A stretch of 64,000 nt of DNA from Octopus bimaculoides (lineage: Eukaryota): the NCBI RefSeq assembly GCF_001194135.2, contig NC_068985.1, positions 21,125,256-21,189,255 on the forward strand, in the 5' to 3' direction. How positions within the stretch are numbered: the first letter of the stretch is position 1; each line of letters opens with the position of its first letter. Positions 37,708 through 50,067 of the stretch are shown in pieces. The notes beneath the pieces were generated by a model. It ran no database searches. It was not told the origin of the DNA and saw only the letters and a list, made by a program, of their open reading frames with translations. The position numbers were made by a program, and so were the translations under genes.

Positions 37708-39436
37708 TAGGGTGGAGTGTAAAAAGCAACTTTCGAAATTGGTAACCAAGAAACGATATTTTGTTGCGAATTAGGATTAAAAGAAAGGTGTATGAAGAAT
37801 TTTGCGGTATATTGTTTTAGGTTCCGCAATTGAAAATTTTAAAAATCGTTATTTTTGGTAGAAATTTGGATTTCATGGATTAGTCATAACGAATATATAT
37901 TTCTAAATTGCAGAATGCAAAACAGTAAACATAATAGCCTTAAGAGGTTGCATACCAAGTTTCAATACAATTGACTAATATCTTTAGATTTTGCATTGGC
38001 TATAAAGAGAACGGGAATCCCAGTAAAATGGTACATTTTCGATGGCTTACAACTGCAGATCGTATGCTACGGTTGTATGTTGCTTCCGAGAATCCTAACA
38101 CGATTAAATTAATTGTTGCTTACATAATGATAGTTTACGTGCCAATGTGGTGTGGTTCACAATTAAACGCAACCCTTCCTCGGAAAATGGGGCTCTAAAT
38201 GTGTTCAAGACGATTGAGTCTTCGAGAGAAATGGATCAAGCGGTACAAGACATTGTATTTCCAGTTATACAATGAAAGGCTTTCTTCGCGCACCCAGAAA
38301 ATATTTTACTTGCCATGATAAACGGAGCCACATTCGAGAACTAGCATGGAGTTGCATAAAGAAGACTCGAACACGGTATAAAGGGGAAATCTGTGCGACC
38401 TTTCAAAATTCCTACCCTAAACTTTGCTACCTCAAGCTACATGGACACAATTAACTGGCAGGACACTAACACAGACATCGATATTTTCTTTCAGCAGCAG
38501 CGTTTGATTCAACTGGAAAAAACTAACGTGCCACACCCAATCAGTGGAGAGATGTGTAAAACTCGTGACAGAAGCATCGTCTAATATTTGTGGTGAGAAT
38601 AGTCGAGACGATTTCATTGGGAGTAGAATCGAATCGAGAGAAAAAATTCCGGTTTTCGAGACAAAAAAAGGAGTTCAAATTGAAAGGTAAATTAGCAATA
38701 GTCAATTAGAATTGTTTAGTTTTTGGCTATTTTGAACATAATAAACAATTAGCAATATGTCGTTTTAGGAATTTCCAAAACAACAAATCTTTGACTGTTC
38801 GATTCTTTGAGAGCGAGATGCTAATTCTCGTCTACGAAAAAAATTGGCTTTATTACTAGAACGAAAAGGAATGCATTACAAAGACTCATATTATTTAGTT
38901 ACATGGAATGATTTCGAATAAACTGGAAATGTTAATTATCTTTATCACCAAAATGTATCAAGAATCAAAAATTGGTTTACACGTAATTTTATTTTAATGT
39001 GTGTGTAATCTAGACCTCATGTAACACATATATTCGGTGACCTAATATAATAAATATAGAAAACAAAGTCGAATAGTCTATTTATTTCACATAATTTCGA
39101 GATTTCAAGTGCGTTGCGGAGCTTAAAAATATAAATTTATATAAATATAAAACTTGAGATTTTGACGCTCTTTGTTTCTAAACAATTTCGCAAAAGAAAA
39201 TCGATTCGTAACAATAAATGTAAAAAAAAAAATATATGATGAACGCCAAACATGTTATAAATTGATTTTTTAATCATTATTCAAAATTCCAAGTGGGCTG
39301 CGGAGTCTGAAGATGTAAATTTAAGAACTTCAGATTTTAACACAGCTGTTTTTAGAATTTCGCAATAAAAAATATATATTCTTAAAAAGATATTTCCGAA
39401 ATATGTGTAAAAAGTACCTTTTTTCGCTCCACCTTA
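37708..39436 (+). mobile_element. Internally deleted hAT (hATm-like) transposon
   Basis: Termini tagggtggag / ctccacctta; TSD ctgtgcca / ctgtgcaa; transposase remnants FRWLTTADRMLRLYV, FFAHPENILLAM, FKIPTLNF, CHTQSVERCVKLVTEAS. Confidence 0.85.
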
Positions 39437-39914
39437 CTGTGCAACCTGTGTGCGCATTTCGTTTGTTTTTAATTAAGAACTGGTTGGTTATTTATTTGTT
39501 TGGGGAAAGGTGAGTATATTGTGTTTCATGGTATTTGCTAGGAGAAGTACACAGAAGTCGAAGTAATTCTTTTAAACACAGTTCGAACAAAACTCCTGCG
39601 TTCGTCTATCTTTTCTGAAACTTTGTCGAACCTCTGCACTGGTTATGAGCGTTTTTTACTTTTATAACCATAATTCCCGCGGAGACATCCGGCATGTGGT
39701 AGAACATTCTATAATATGGAATTCTACTTCTGCAAACTAATTGTTTTATATACAGAGCACGTTGCCTGGTCTAAATGTAGACCTCATCCTTATTACTAAA
39801 GCTGTAAGGTTTCGATTCTAAAGCTCGCTACAATATCAGTAGAGAGCGTTGAGTTTTGAGGCTAATTAATTATAAGTACTTGGTTGAGCTGAATAATTTT
39901 TGAAATTGTTTCAT

Positions 39915-40815
39915 TAAAAGAAATCAACAATCTGACCCGAGGGTCCTATCGATGTGGCGATGGGAGCCTACGGCAGCGCCGACGTATGTGATCTTATTTG
40001 GACTATAGATCCTAGACACCTTAAGGGAGAAATTCCCTTCGGTCCTCTTCCGTTTCTACAGGGATAACGCTCAACCCTTCTCTAGAGGCGCCAACGGGCA
40101 CACACCCGATAGGCTTAGAAAGGACCTGATTAGCACCCTGGACTCCATGGGACTCAAAATTGCTATCGAGACGAATCTCGCCACCGTAGACTTCCTAGAT
40201 GTTACTCTAAACTTGGACTCCGGTACACACAGGCCCTATTGCAAGCTAAACGTGAGACTATCCTATATCAACTCAGCCTCCTGCCCACCCCCTATCGTGT
40301 TCAAGAACCTAGTGAAGGGTGTCAGAAAGAGGATCTCGAATTTATCCTCTAGTCAAGATATCTTCTATACCGCCTATCTCTACTACAACGAGGCACTGGC
40401 GTCCAGCGGGTTTTAAGGACTGCATTTCCTACATGCCAGGTCCTAGCACCGACAAGAGGAAGCGCCGCCGAAACGTCGTTTGGTTTTCCCCAACCATTCT
40501 CACTCAACGCCAAGACTTGTGTGCGAAGGATATTCTTCAGGTTAATCAACAAACACTTCACGCAGACACACAGATACGGACGTTTATTCAACAGGCACAA
40601 CTTAATGGTCTCCTTTAGTTGTGCACCCAAATACCCATAAAACACGGGAGGAGGCAGGATGCTCTTGCAGGGTGTACAATGACTGACCAGTGGCAGGCCA
40701 ATGCGAGGCCGAGGGAGTCATCTATGGGGCTGTGGTCATACCCAGGCCTAGAGACCACAGTAATAGCAGCAACGGATCATCCAACAACATCGGAGGCAGC
40801 GAATAGTTTCACGTG
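39915..40815 (+). mobile_element. Penelope-like element: RT C-terminal half and start of GIY-YIG domain, frameshifted
   Basis: IDVAMGAYGSADVCDL, FYRDN (YRDD site), VDFLDVTLNLDSGTHRPY, KRKRRRNVVWFSP, GVIYGAVV. Confidence 0.9.
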
Positions 40816-41631
40816 ATCGGTTTATTAAGCAACCAGTCAGCATTAAAGTGTGGTGTGATTTGATCAAGAATTTTCTTGCTCTCTTTAAAAAATCGCTTTT
40901 GGCGATAATTTATTGCAAAATGTTGGAGGCAGCTGAGTGACGTGTGTCTCCAGCCTTGTCAAGCAGACGACCTAGGACACATGACCAAGAACCTCTGTCG
41001 CCCCGTAAATAACGCAGCTGATTTCAGATATGATGGTACAACTACATGCTGCCGTACTAATAGCTTTTTTAAATCTCACCAGCATTTGCTTCCCAGCCTG
41101 TAATTATTGTTGTTGTTAACTGTAAATGGCCAACGCAGTTTATCTTTCAGTGCAACGATAAATAGTTCTGTTAAATGTCCGCAGGTGTTGCTCAGTTATT
41201 TCTTCAAGCAGCCAAGAAACACATTTTCATCCACCAAATCAACCACGACACAGCAATAACCAGCACCTCTAAACGATAAAACCATTACATTGTTCTTTAA
41301 CAGCACAATATTCTTTAATATGACACAAAACAACTGTGAATAGTTCGATCAAATTATTTTCAATCCTGTTTGAGAGTTGATACAATAGCTTGTCTAGAAG
41401 GTTTGCCAGTCTTTCACAATACTTACTAATTAATATAAGTGTTCTTTTTTAATTCCTTTTCACTATACTTACGAATTAATATAAGAGTTATTTATAATGC
41501 AGGCTTATTTCGCCTTATAAAATTTCTCTGTGAGACCCCGGCCATGAGATTAGATATATGTAATGTTTTCAAGGTATCCATCCGTAGAGCAAGAGATTCA
41601 TTATGTAAGGGATATTTGTTAGTTATATATA

Positions 41632-41837
41632 ACTAGCTGTTTTTCCCGGTTTCACTCGGGCAGTGTGGTGGATTTGGTTAAAGGCTTATAAGTTGGTAGT
41701 CCAGAGTCCATGCTGCGTTTGTTTCTTCGTCGAATCACCACTTTATAAGAAAGTGGGTTATTGCAGCTCAGCGGGCTGCGTGTTCGAATCACGTCGGGGG
41801 TCACCAGTATAGGAAAGTTGGTTATACATCATTAGAT
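41632..41837 (+). mobile_element. Non-autonomous Helitron-like element (Lep1-type ends)
   Basis: 5-prime actagctgtttttcccggtttcactcggg; 3-prime cattagat. Confidence 0.5.
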
Positions 41838-42198
41838 GTATACCTGAATTTCCCCACATAAAATTAAGAATATAACGGAACGCTGAACTCCAGACTATCA
41901 ACTTATACAACATTTATTCAGGTGGTAAATATATACATCTTTAGCTCTTGTTGTTACAGCTTCTGATTGTGTGAGCATAGTTGTTGGGACGTTGTTATGT
42001 AGGTGTAAGCGAGCTGTCGAGTGTAAGTCCGAAAGATGGAGAGTGACAGCTACACACGTAAAGAGACTGTTTCCAGAGTTGGGTGTTGGAGACACTTCTT
42101 GACACGTCCATGCTCTATTGCTGGCCAGCAAGAAAGAGTATGAATTGAGCGGGAACGCTTGCTTGTTTAATTCCACGCATGCGCACGGCGTTACTACA
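41837..42198 (-). mobile_element. Possible solo LTR
   Basis: TGTA...TACA termini and an internal aataaa on the minus strand; no TSD found. Confidence 0.35.
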
Positions 42199-44104
42199 GG
42201 CTATTTCCTATGTATATTTTGAATAATAAAAAGAACTAAAAATAAAAAATAAAATTATTAAAAAAAAGTAAGAACAACCCAAAAANNNNNNNNNNNNNNN
42301 NNNNNNNNNNNNNNNNNNNNNNNNNNNNNNNNNNNNNNNNNNNNNNNNNNNNNNNNNNNNNNNNNNNNNNNNNNNNNNNNNNNNNNNNNNNNNNNNNNNN
42401 NNNNNNNNNNNNNNNNNNNNNNNNNNNNNNNNNNNNNNNNNNNNNNNNNNNNNNNNNNNNNNNNNNNNNNNNNNNNNNNNNNNNNNNNNNNNNNNNNNNN
42501 NNNNNNNNNNNNNNNNNNNNNNNNNNNNNNNNNNNNNNNNNNNNNNNNNNNNNNNNNNNNNNNNNNNNNNNNTGAATGTCGACGTTTGAAGACATTTGTA
42601 ACTGAAGTTTAAAAAACATAGTAATTAGAAAGAGCGTAAGCTATAGCTTCTTTTTTTTTAATGCACAAAAAATTGAAATTATTTTTTTTCTGTGCCTCTG
42701 ATTAAAATTTTTGAAAAACAAACCCAGCCACATTACTTGGAAAAAAATAATCTTTATTGTGCTGGTTTTTCGTAAAATTTCGCGCATGGAAAAGGCAACA
42801 AAATCGCCCCTCCCCACTTTGAATGGGATATTCCTATCTTAAAAAGTAATAATCGATTATCTCGGTAACCATGGGAGTTGGAGGGCAATACAAAATCTTC
42901 TGTACATGAACGGACCATGCTGCCGCTCTGTGCTGAATTTCACGCGATTCCACTGCACCGTTCTCGAGTGAATCTGCCGACACTCAATCAAGCAATCAAG
43001 AACACTGCAATTTATAGTATAGAGAAGATGACTGTTATGCGATGCATTGTGCCTTTTCAAGATGCTCAGTTTTAGTGTTGGTTTATATATAAAAGTTATG
43101 CATTCTTAAAAAGCGTTTTGCTAAAATATCTAGGATAAATATTAACGTTTATACTCAAATTATTAACTTCAGTGAGGTGGGGCGGTTAACAATTACGAAA
43201 GATACGTTTTCAATCTATTGGTCAAGGGAAATAACTCTGCTTTTCTTGTAACAGTCGCTTTCCTTGCATTAAAAGAGAAACCATTTTCTGTTAATAATTC
43301 ATGAGATGCTCACAGAACAGCTAGAATCCAAATAACGAATCTATTTAATTCTCAATACGTTCAGGCAGATTTTAATGTAAACAACAATTGATATTTTTGT
43401 GAGTTGTAAATAAATTATACGTTTCTTACATAATTTATTTAAGCAAGTGTGTTGAACTCTGAAAATATCAAAAGTTTACTATCAAATGAATAATTGATAA
43501 TACATAGAATTTATTTGAAGACCTAGTCCCTTTGTTGCAATACCCTGGAAGTAGATTCCTGTTTTGCCAATATTTTTTAACATTTAGCCATAGACGTGAT
43601 TTGAACTGACAAATATACTGTACAAATTTCACAAAATTCATGAGATGATGTAAACTTCTTTATTAATATTATTTTCATCCATTTTCCAGTTATCCATTTT
43701 GATGTGAACTGGATGGTCCGACATGTCAGTGGACCACATTTTGCTCCAGTATCTCAGTTTTGGCATTGTTTCTCAAACCAGAATACATATAGATTCACTG
43801 ACCCGTGGATTTAAATTGCAACATTTAAATGTTAAATTGAAACACTTAATACATAAACAGAACTCATATTCATTATGTTCTTGTTCCAGAGAACAATGAG
43901 GTAATAAAAATTAGGAAAATTAAGAACTTTAAACCTTACTGTTTTTATGGTCTGAGGCCTAATGGTCATTCTCTCTTTGAAGTCATCTCATGAATAAAGC
44001 TACCACCAGAAGAGATCACAACTAAATAAACCAAGTCGCAGTAGTCACATTTGGTAGTATTGTGTATGTTGTTTGTAATGAACAGGAAAAAAGTTCTCAA
44101 TACA

Positions 44105-44960
44105 AAATCATCATCATCATCATCATCGTCGTTTAACGTCCACTTTCCATGCTAGCATGGGTTGGACGATTTGATTGAGGACTGTTGAAACCAGATGGCT
44201 ACACCAGGCTCCAATCTGATTTGGCAGAGTTTCTACAGCTGGATGCCCTTCCTAACGCCAACCACCCTGAGAGTGTAGTGGGTGCCTTTATGTGCCACTG
44301 GCACGAAGGCCAGTCAGGCAGTACTGGCAATGGCCACGCTCAAAATGGTGTATTTTACGTGCCACCTGCACAGGAGCCAGTTCGGCAGCGCTGGCAACGA
44401 TTTCGCTCGATTTGTCTTTACACGTGCCAGGAAGGCGATNNNNNNNNNNNNNNNNNNNNNNNNNNNNNNNNNNNNNNNNNNNNNNNNNNNNNNNNNNNNN
44501 NNNNNNNNNNNNNNNNNNNNNNNNNNNNNNNNNNNNNNNNNNNNNNNNNNNNNNNNNNNNNNNNNNNNNNNNNNNNNNNNNNNNNNNNNNNNNNNNNNNN
44601 NNNNNNNNNNNNNNNNNNNNNNNNNNNNNNTTTCGCTTTCGTTTGCCCCAATATGTCTTCACAAGCTGAGTTTTGTTTCCAATGAAGGAGACGACGTTGG
44701 CATGGGTGCCAGTCATCGAATTTAATTCGATTTCGATTTCACTTGCCTCAACAGGTCTTCGCAAGCGGAGTTTAGTGTCCAATGAAGGAAGGTACGTATA
44801 AGTGGGCTGCTTGAGGCCTTCGATTTAGGTCTCACTTGGCTTGCCTGGTCTTCTCATGCACAGCATATTTCCAAAGGTCTCGGTCAGAAGTCATCGCCTC
44901 GGTGAGGCCCAATGTTCGAAGGTCGTGCCTCACCACCTCATCCCAGGTCTTCCTGGGCCT
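44105..44960 (-). mobile_element. RTE-type LINE 3-prime end (ORF2 C-terminus and 3-prime UTR, gap inside)
   Basis: PRKTWDEVVRHDLRTLGLTEAMTSDRDLWKYAVHEKTRQAK*, UTR ending in (GAT)n. Confidence 0.9.
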
Positions 44961-45129
44961 ATTTAGTTAATGACCTTGTGTCACTACTCTGAGTTGTATG
45001 AATGTTTGACTTGTCAGACAGCAAGTACTGATCTGTACTGAGAAAAAATAAACATGGAAAACCAGCACCAGCACCATTACAATTTTATTAATTAACTCAG
45101 GTCATGTGAGTCACATACAAAGAGTTTAT

Positions 45130-45555
45130 GGTTCCAGTTTCAGTCTCACCACGTGGCACCTTGGGTGAGTGTCTTCTACAATAGCCTCAAGCCGACCAAA
45201 GAATTATGAGTGGATTTGATAGACAGAAACTGAGAGAAGCCTATCGTTTTTCGGCAAGCCAAGTAAGATCGTTGCCAGTGCCCCTGGACTGGTTCTTGTG
45301 CGGGTGGCACATGAGATGCACCATTTTGAGCGTGGCCGTTGCCAGTACCGCCTGACTGGCTCCTGTAGGATTTTCGAGCGAGATCGTTGCCAGTGCCCCT
45401 GGACTGGCTTGTGCGGGTGGCACATAAAAGACACCATTTCGAGCGTGGCCGTTTTCGTGCGGGTGACACGTAAAAGCACCCACTACACTCTCTGAGTGGT
45501 TGGCGTTAGGAAGGGCATCCAGCTGTAGAAACTCTGCCAAATCAGACTGGAGCCT
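45130..45555 (+). mobile_element. SINE A head followed by RTE 3-prime-UTR repeat with internal tandem subunits
   Basis: ggcaccttgggtgagtgtcttc, then gatcgttgccagtgcccctggactgg twice; runs into a gap. Confidence 0.75.
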
Positions 45556-46153
45556 NNNNNNNNNNNNNNNNNNNNNNNNNNNNNNNNNNNNNNNNNNNNN
45601 NNNNNNNNNNNNNNNNNNNNNNNNNNNNNNNNNNNNNNNNNNNNNNNNNNNNNNNNNNNNNNNNNNNNNNNNNNNNNNNNNNNNNNNNNNNNNNNNNNNN
45701 NNNNNNNNNNNNNNNNNNNNNNNNNNNNNNNNNNNNNNNNNNNNNNNNNNNNNNNNNNNNNNNNNNNNNNNNNNNNNNNNNNNNNNNNNNNNNNNNNNNN
45801 NNNNNNNNNNNNNNNNNNNNNNNNNNNNNNNNNNNNNNNNNNNNNNNNNNNNNNNNNNNNNNNNNNNNNNNNNNNNNNNNNNNNNNNNNNNNNNNNNNNN
45901 NNNNNNNNNNNNNNNNNNNNNNNNNNNNNNNNNNNNNNNNNNNNNNNNNNNNNNNNNNNNNNNNNNNNNNNNNNNNNNNNNNNNNNNNNNNNNNNNNNNN
46001 NNNNNNNNNNNNNNNNNNNNNNNNNNNNNNNNNNNNNNNNNNNNNNNNNNNNNNNNNNNNNNNNNNNNNNNNNNNNNNNNNNNNNNNNNNNNNNNNNNNN
46101 NNNNNNNNNNNNNNNNNNNNNNNNNNNNNNNNNNNNNNNNNNNNNNNNNNNNN

Positions 46154-46189
<36 letters not shown>

Positions 46190-47011
46190 TCCAAAAAAAA
46201 TTAAGAAAAAAACAACAACGCAAAGACATGGTACATGCAAAGTATTAACAGACACTCAGGGAAGGAAAGAAAGGTAGTTTTACACTTTGAGCAAAGCTCT
46301 TCTTCAGAAACAGGAGACAGAGGAAAGCCCAAGAGAAAAGGAAGATGGAGGAAAACAATCACCAATGATCCACATGTAGTTATATTTTGAAATATATACA
46401 CACATACATATATATGTATATATATTTGTCTGTGTGTCTTTGTGACTGTGTTTGTCCCCCAACTACTGCTTGACAACCGATGTTGGTGTGTTTATGTCCT
46501 TGTAATTTAACAATTCAGCAAAAAAAACTGACAGAATAAGTAGTAGACTTACAAGAATAAGTCCTGGAGTCAAATTCTTCAACTAAAACCCTTTAATGTG
46601 GTGCTCCAGCATGGCCAGTCAAATAACTGAAAAGTGTAAAAGAATAGGCTTCACTTCCACACATGCCAGCTTAATTTAATTCGTTCTTAGTTGAAAGACA
46701 CCTGTTGTTTGTATTTGTAACTGTTTAACATTTCTCTGTTTTTTGGGGGGTTTTTTGTCCTTGTTTTCGTATACATTCGCTGGCTTTCTTCCAAGGAATC
46801 TAGTGCTCTTAGCTTAGATTTTCTTGGGACCATCCAGATTGGAGCAGTCTTGAATGTTACTGGCCAAAACTGCAAAGACGATATGGAACTCGGCTGAGGA
46901 GAGGAAGCTCCGAATGATCTGTTCTTGTTTTTTCCTGTACTTTTTTGTATTGTCTAACTGTCCGGATGTTCTGTTGTCGCCTGTTACGTTCTTGTTCCAT
47001 TTTTTGTTTTC

Positions 47012-47049
<38 letters not shown>

Positions 47050-47189
47050 TGTTTGTTTTTTTTATGCTCAGTTATAATAAAAGTAATTTTACATTAATCT
47101 GATGGGTTACTGTTTAATTTTGAAAACATCGGATATGGCTTTTGTGATTATGATTGTGCCCGTAATGGTGGTGGTGTTTGTGGTGATAA

Positions 47190-47273
47190 TGGTGGTACTT
47201 TTAATAAAATATCAACTCTCCCTAAATTTCTTTGTCTCTTTTTCTCTCCCTCTCTTTTTCTTTCTTTCTCTCC

Positions 47274-47312
<39 letters not shown>

Positions 47313-47762
47313 TCTCTCCCTCCCTCTCTCTCTCTCTCTTCGCCACCACACTCACTATCTCTACGCCTATTATTACTCTCACTCCAGCACAAGGAAGTGT
47401 CATTGAATAGTGAGAGAGGCAGTCAAAGTGTGACACAGAAATTAGTTTTTGCATTTATCATATTAGATGTTTAATTTTGGGGAAACTGTATTTCAATTAA
47501 AGTGTATTTTATGTGTGTGTGTGTGTGTGTGTATGTATTAAAGAAAGCAAAAAAATAAAGCAAAAACGATAGTGTCCAGTAGTTGTTTCAATATGCTGAC
47601 CACAGGAATTTCTGTCCAAGAAAGTTGTACATCTCCCTCTATCTCACACATACCCACTGTTTCTCTCTCTGTATTATTATTACTCCCATTGCCACCATCA
47701 ACACTACTACTTTTAATAAAACATCATGAACTCTCCCTAAATTTCTGTCTCTCTTTTTCGAC

Positions 47763-47800
<38 letters not shown>

Positions 47801-47945
47801 TCCCCACTGCCCTCACTGTCTCTATGCCTACCTACTATTACTCTCACCCCAGCATGAGGAAGTATCATTGAATAGTGAGGTGGAGGTCAAAGTGTGACAC
47901 ACTGACACACAGAAATTAGTTTTCGCATTTATTATATTAGATATA
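47190..47945. repeat. Local direct duplication of a ~260-bp unit containing (CT)n
   Basis: tactttaataaaa...ctccctaaatttc...cattgaatagtgag...cagaaattagttt...tattagat at about 47190-47470 and 47705-47945. Confidence 0.8.
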
Positions 47946-49229
47946 CATACATGTGTGTGTGTATATATATGTGTGTGTGTGTGCGTGTATATATATAGAA
48001 TCATTTAATGTTCATTTTCTACGCTAGAATCAGTTGATGTTTGACAGGACTGCATCAAGCTTCTATGTCAACCTTGGCATATTTTCGACAGCTGGATGCT
48101 CCTCAAAACACTAAGCACTTTACAACATGTACTGGGTACTTTTTCATGTCACCAACACAAGTAAGGTTGCCTAGTGACTTGCAAGACAAGAGAAGATAAA
48201 GAAAAAGCTGCCTCAACTGGGTGGGGGTGTATTTCACAGATAGGAAAGGTTTTGGGAAACTGCCAGGTTTTGGAAAAATGAAGTACAATAGAGAAACAAA
48301 CACAGATTATTATAGAGGTGATACATGGCTAACCCACATTATATAAAGGTGGTTGGGCACACCTGGAAAGAAGATAGAGATGACAGTGACAAGATACCAG
48401 AGTACCTCAATGCAAACAGTTGATCAAGAAGGGGAGAGGGGTGGGAATAATTTCATAAGAGTGTCAGATGAGGGTAATAGAGGATTAGAGATGGGGGGGT
48501 GGAGATGAATGTAGTGGGTGATAAACAAGGATAGAGTTGTGGTTGATGGGAAATATCAGTATGGAGGGGTTAAGGTAAGGTGGGAAAGAGAAAGAGAGAG
48601 AGAGAGAGAAGCTACAAGAGAAAATAGGGGTATGATGTGCAAGGTGATGTACAGTGACAGAGATGGAGGTTAGAGGTACTTAAGGGTGGCTATAGTGAGG
48701 TGAGGTGACAATGGTGGAAATATGTTAATGCCAGATATGAGAGGTCATAGAAAATCATCATCATCATAATCATCATCCGTTAGCGTCCATTTTCCATACT
48801 GAGATGGGTTGAACCGTTTGACCAGAGCTGGCAAGCCAGAGAGCTGCCCCAGCTTCCAGTCTGATTTGTCTTGGTTTCTATCACTGGATGCTCTTCCTAA
48901 TGCCAACCACTTTATAGAGTGTGTTGGGTGCTTTTAACATGGCTCCAGCATGACAGTAAATATGAGAGGTGCTAGAGACAAGATAAATTTCTGACTATTC
49001 TATGGCTCTTTAAGTTTCCATACCTTCCTTTTTCAGACTGACTTGTGTCTCTGTGTCCTTTTAGCTCTAAGTCTGAAGTCACAAACTACTAACCTATATG
49101 AGATACTATATTCTTCACCAAGGAAGAATTTTGCATTTACAAGTCAATATGGTTTATATGTCCACCAAATTGATAGGCAATTAGGTGACTGACTAGTTTC
49201 CTGAAGTTAGTGTTAGGTATCAACGAGTC

Positions 49230-49880
49230 ATTTCCATCTCAGAACTCAAGCAGCCATGTTCCTTCCTTATTTCTTGATCCATGTACAGCATGAAATCCAT
49301 TGGAGTACTGTTTGACACGTCTGTTAAGTGTCCAGCTATGGCAATAGGCTCATTTTTATTTGTCCCCAAAGTAATCTGCAATGGGACTGTTCATCTGCCA
49401 GTCCAGCTCATGGAACAAAATGCAGAGTTGTCACTGCTACATTATTCAAGTTTTGTTTCCATACCAGAAATTTCTTTTCTTATTCTATCACAGGTTCGTC
49501 TATAACAACAAGGTCATCAGCATAGAAGAGAAACAGGGCAACTGGTAAGAAATTTCTCTGTTATGGTCTGGAGGACAATGATAAATAAGAAGGAACTGAG
49601 AGTTAAACCCTGATGAATTCCTAGCATGCCTGTACATGGCTTTTATGGCTCTCACCAGTCATTTCTCTACCCTTAGATTCCTCAATGACCACCATATGAG
49701 GAGTGAGGGAATACGTCAAAGGTTTTCTCCATGTCAACAAATGCCATATACAGCAATTTATTCTTGGCTAAACACTTCTGAAGTTGCCTTAATAGAAATA
49801 GAGCATCAGTAGTGCTTCTTCCTGGCACAAAACTGGACCGTATCTCATTTAGGCTAATTTTCTTCCTGATTTTTGACTCC
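49230..49880 (-). mobile_element. RTE-type LINE RT and endonuclease remnants
   Basis: SFVPGRSTTDALFLLRQLQ..MAFVDMEKTFD, HQG, FYADDL; then SNGFHAVHGSRNKEGTWLLEF. Confidence 0.85.
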
Positions 49881-50067
49881 AATTTCTTCAATTTTATATT
49901 CACACACAATGAATACTCAGATATAAACCTGGAAGTATACAATAATGCTACCAGATAGTATTGTATAATACTGTACTCTGCCACGTTCCTAACAGAATAT
50001 ACCATAACTATATATATATATTAATGATAATAATAATATGACAGCAAAAGAATGAATGAGACATGCA

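Noticed and set aside
45246-45480. Repeat-spacer-like periodicity suggestive of CRISPR
   Set aside because: These are internal tandem subunits of the RTE 3-prime UTR in a eukaryotic context, with no unique spacers or cas genes
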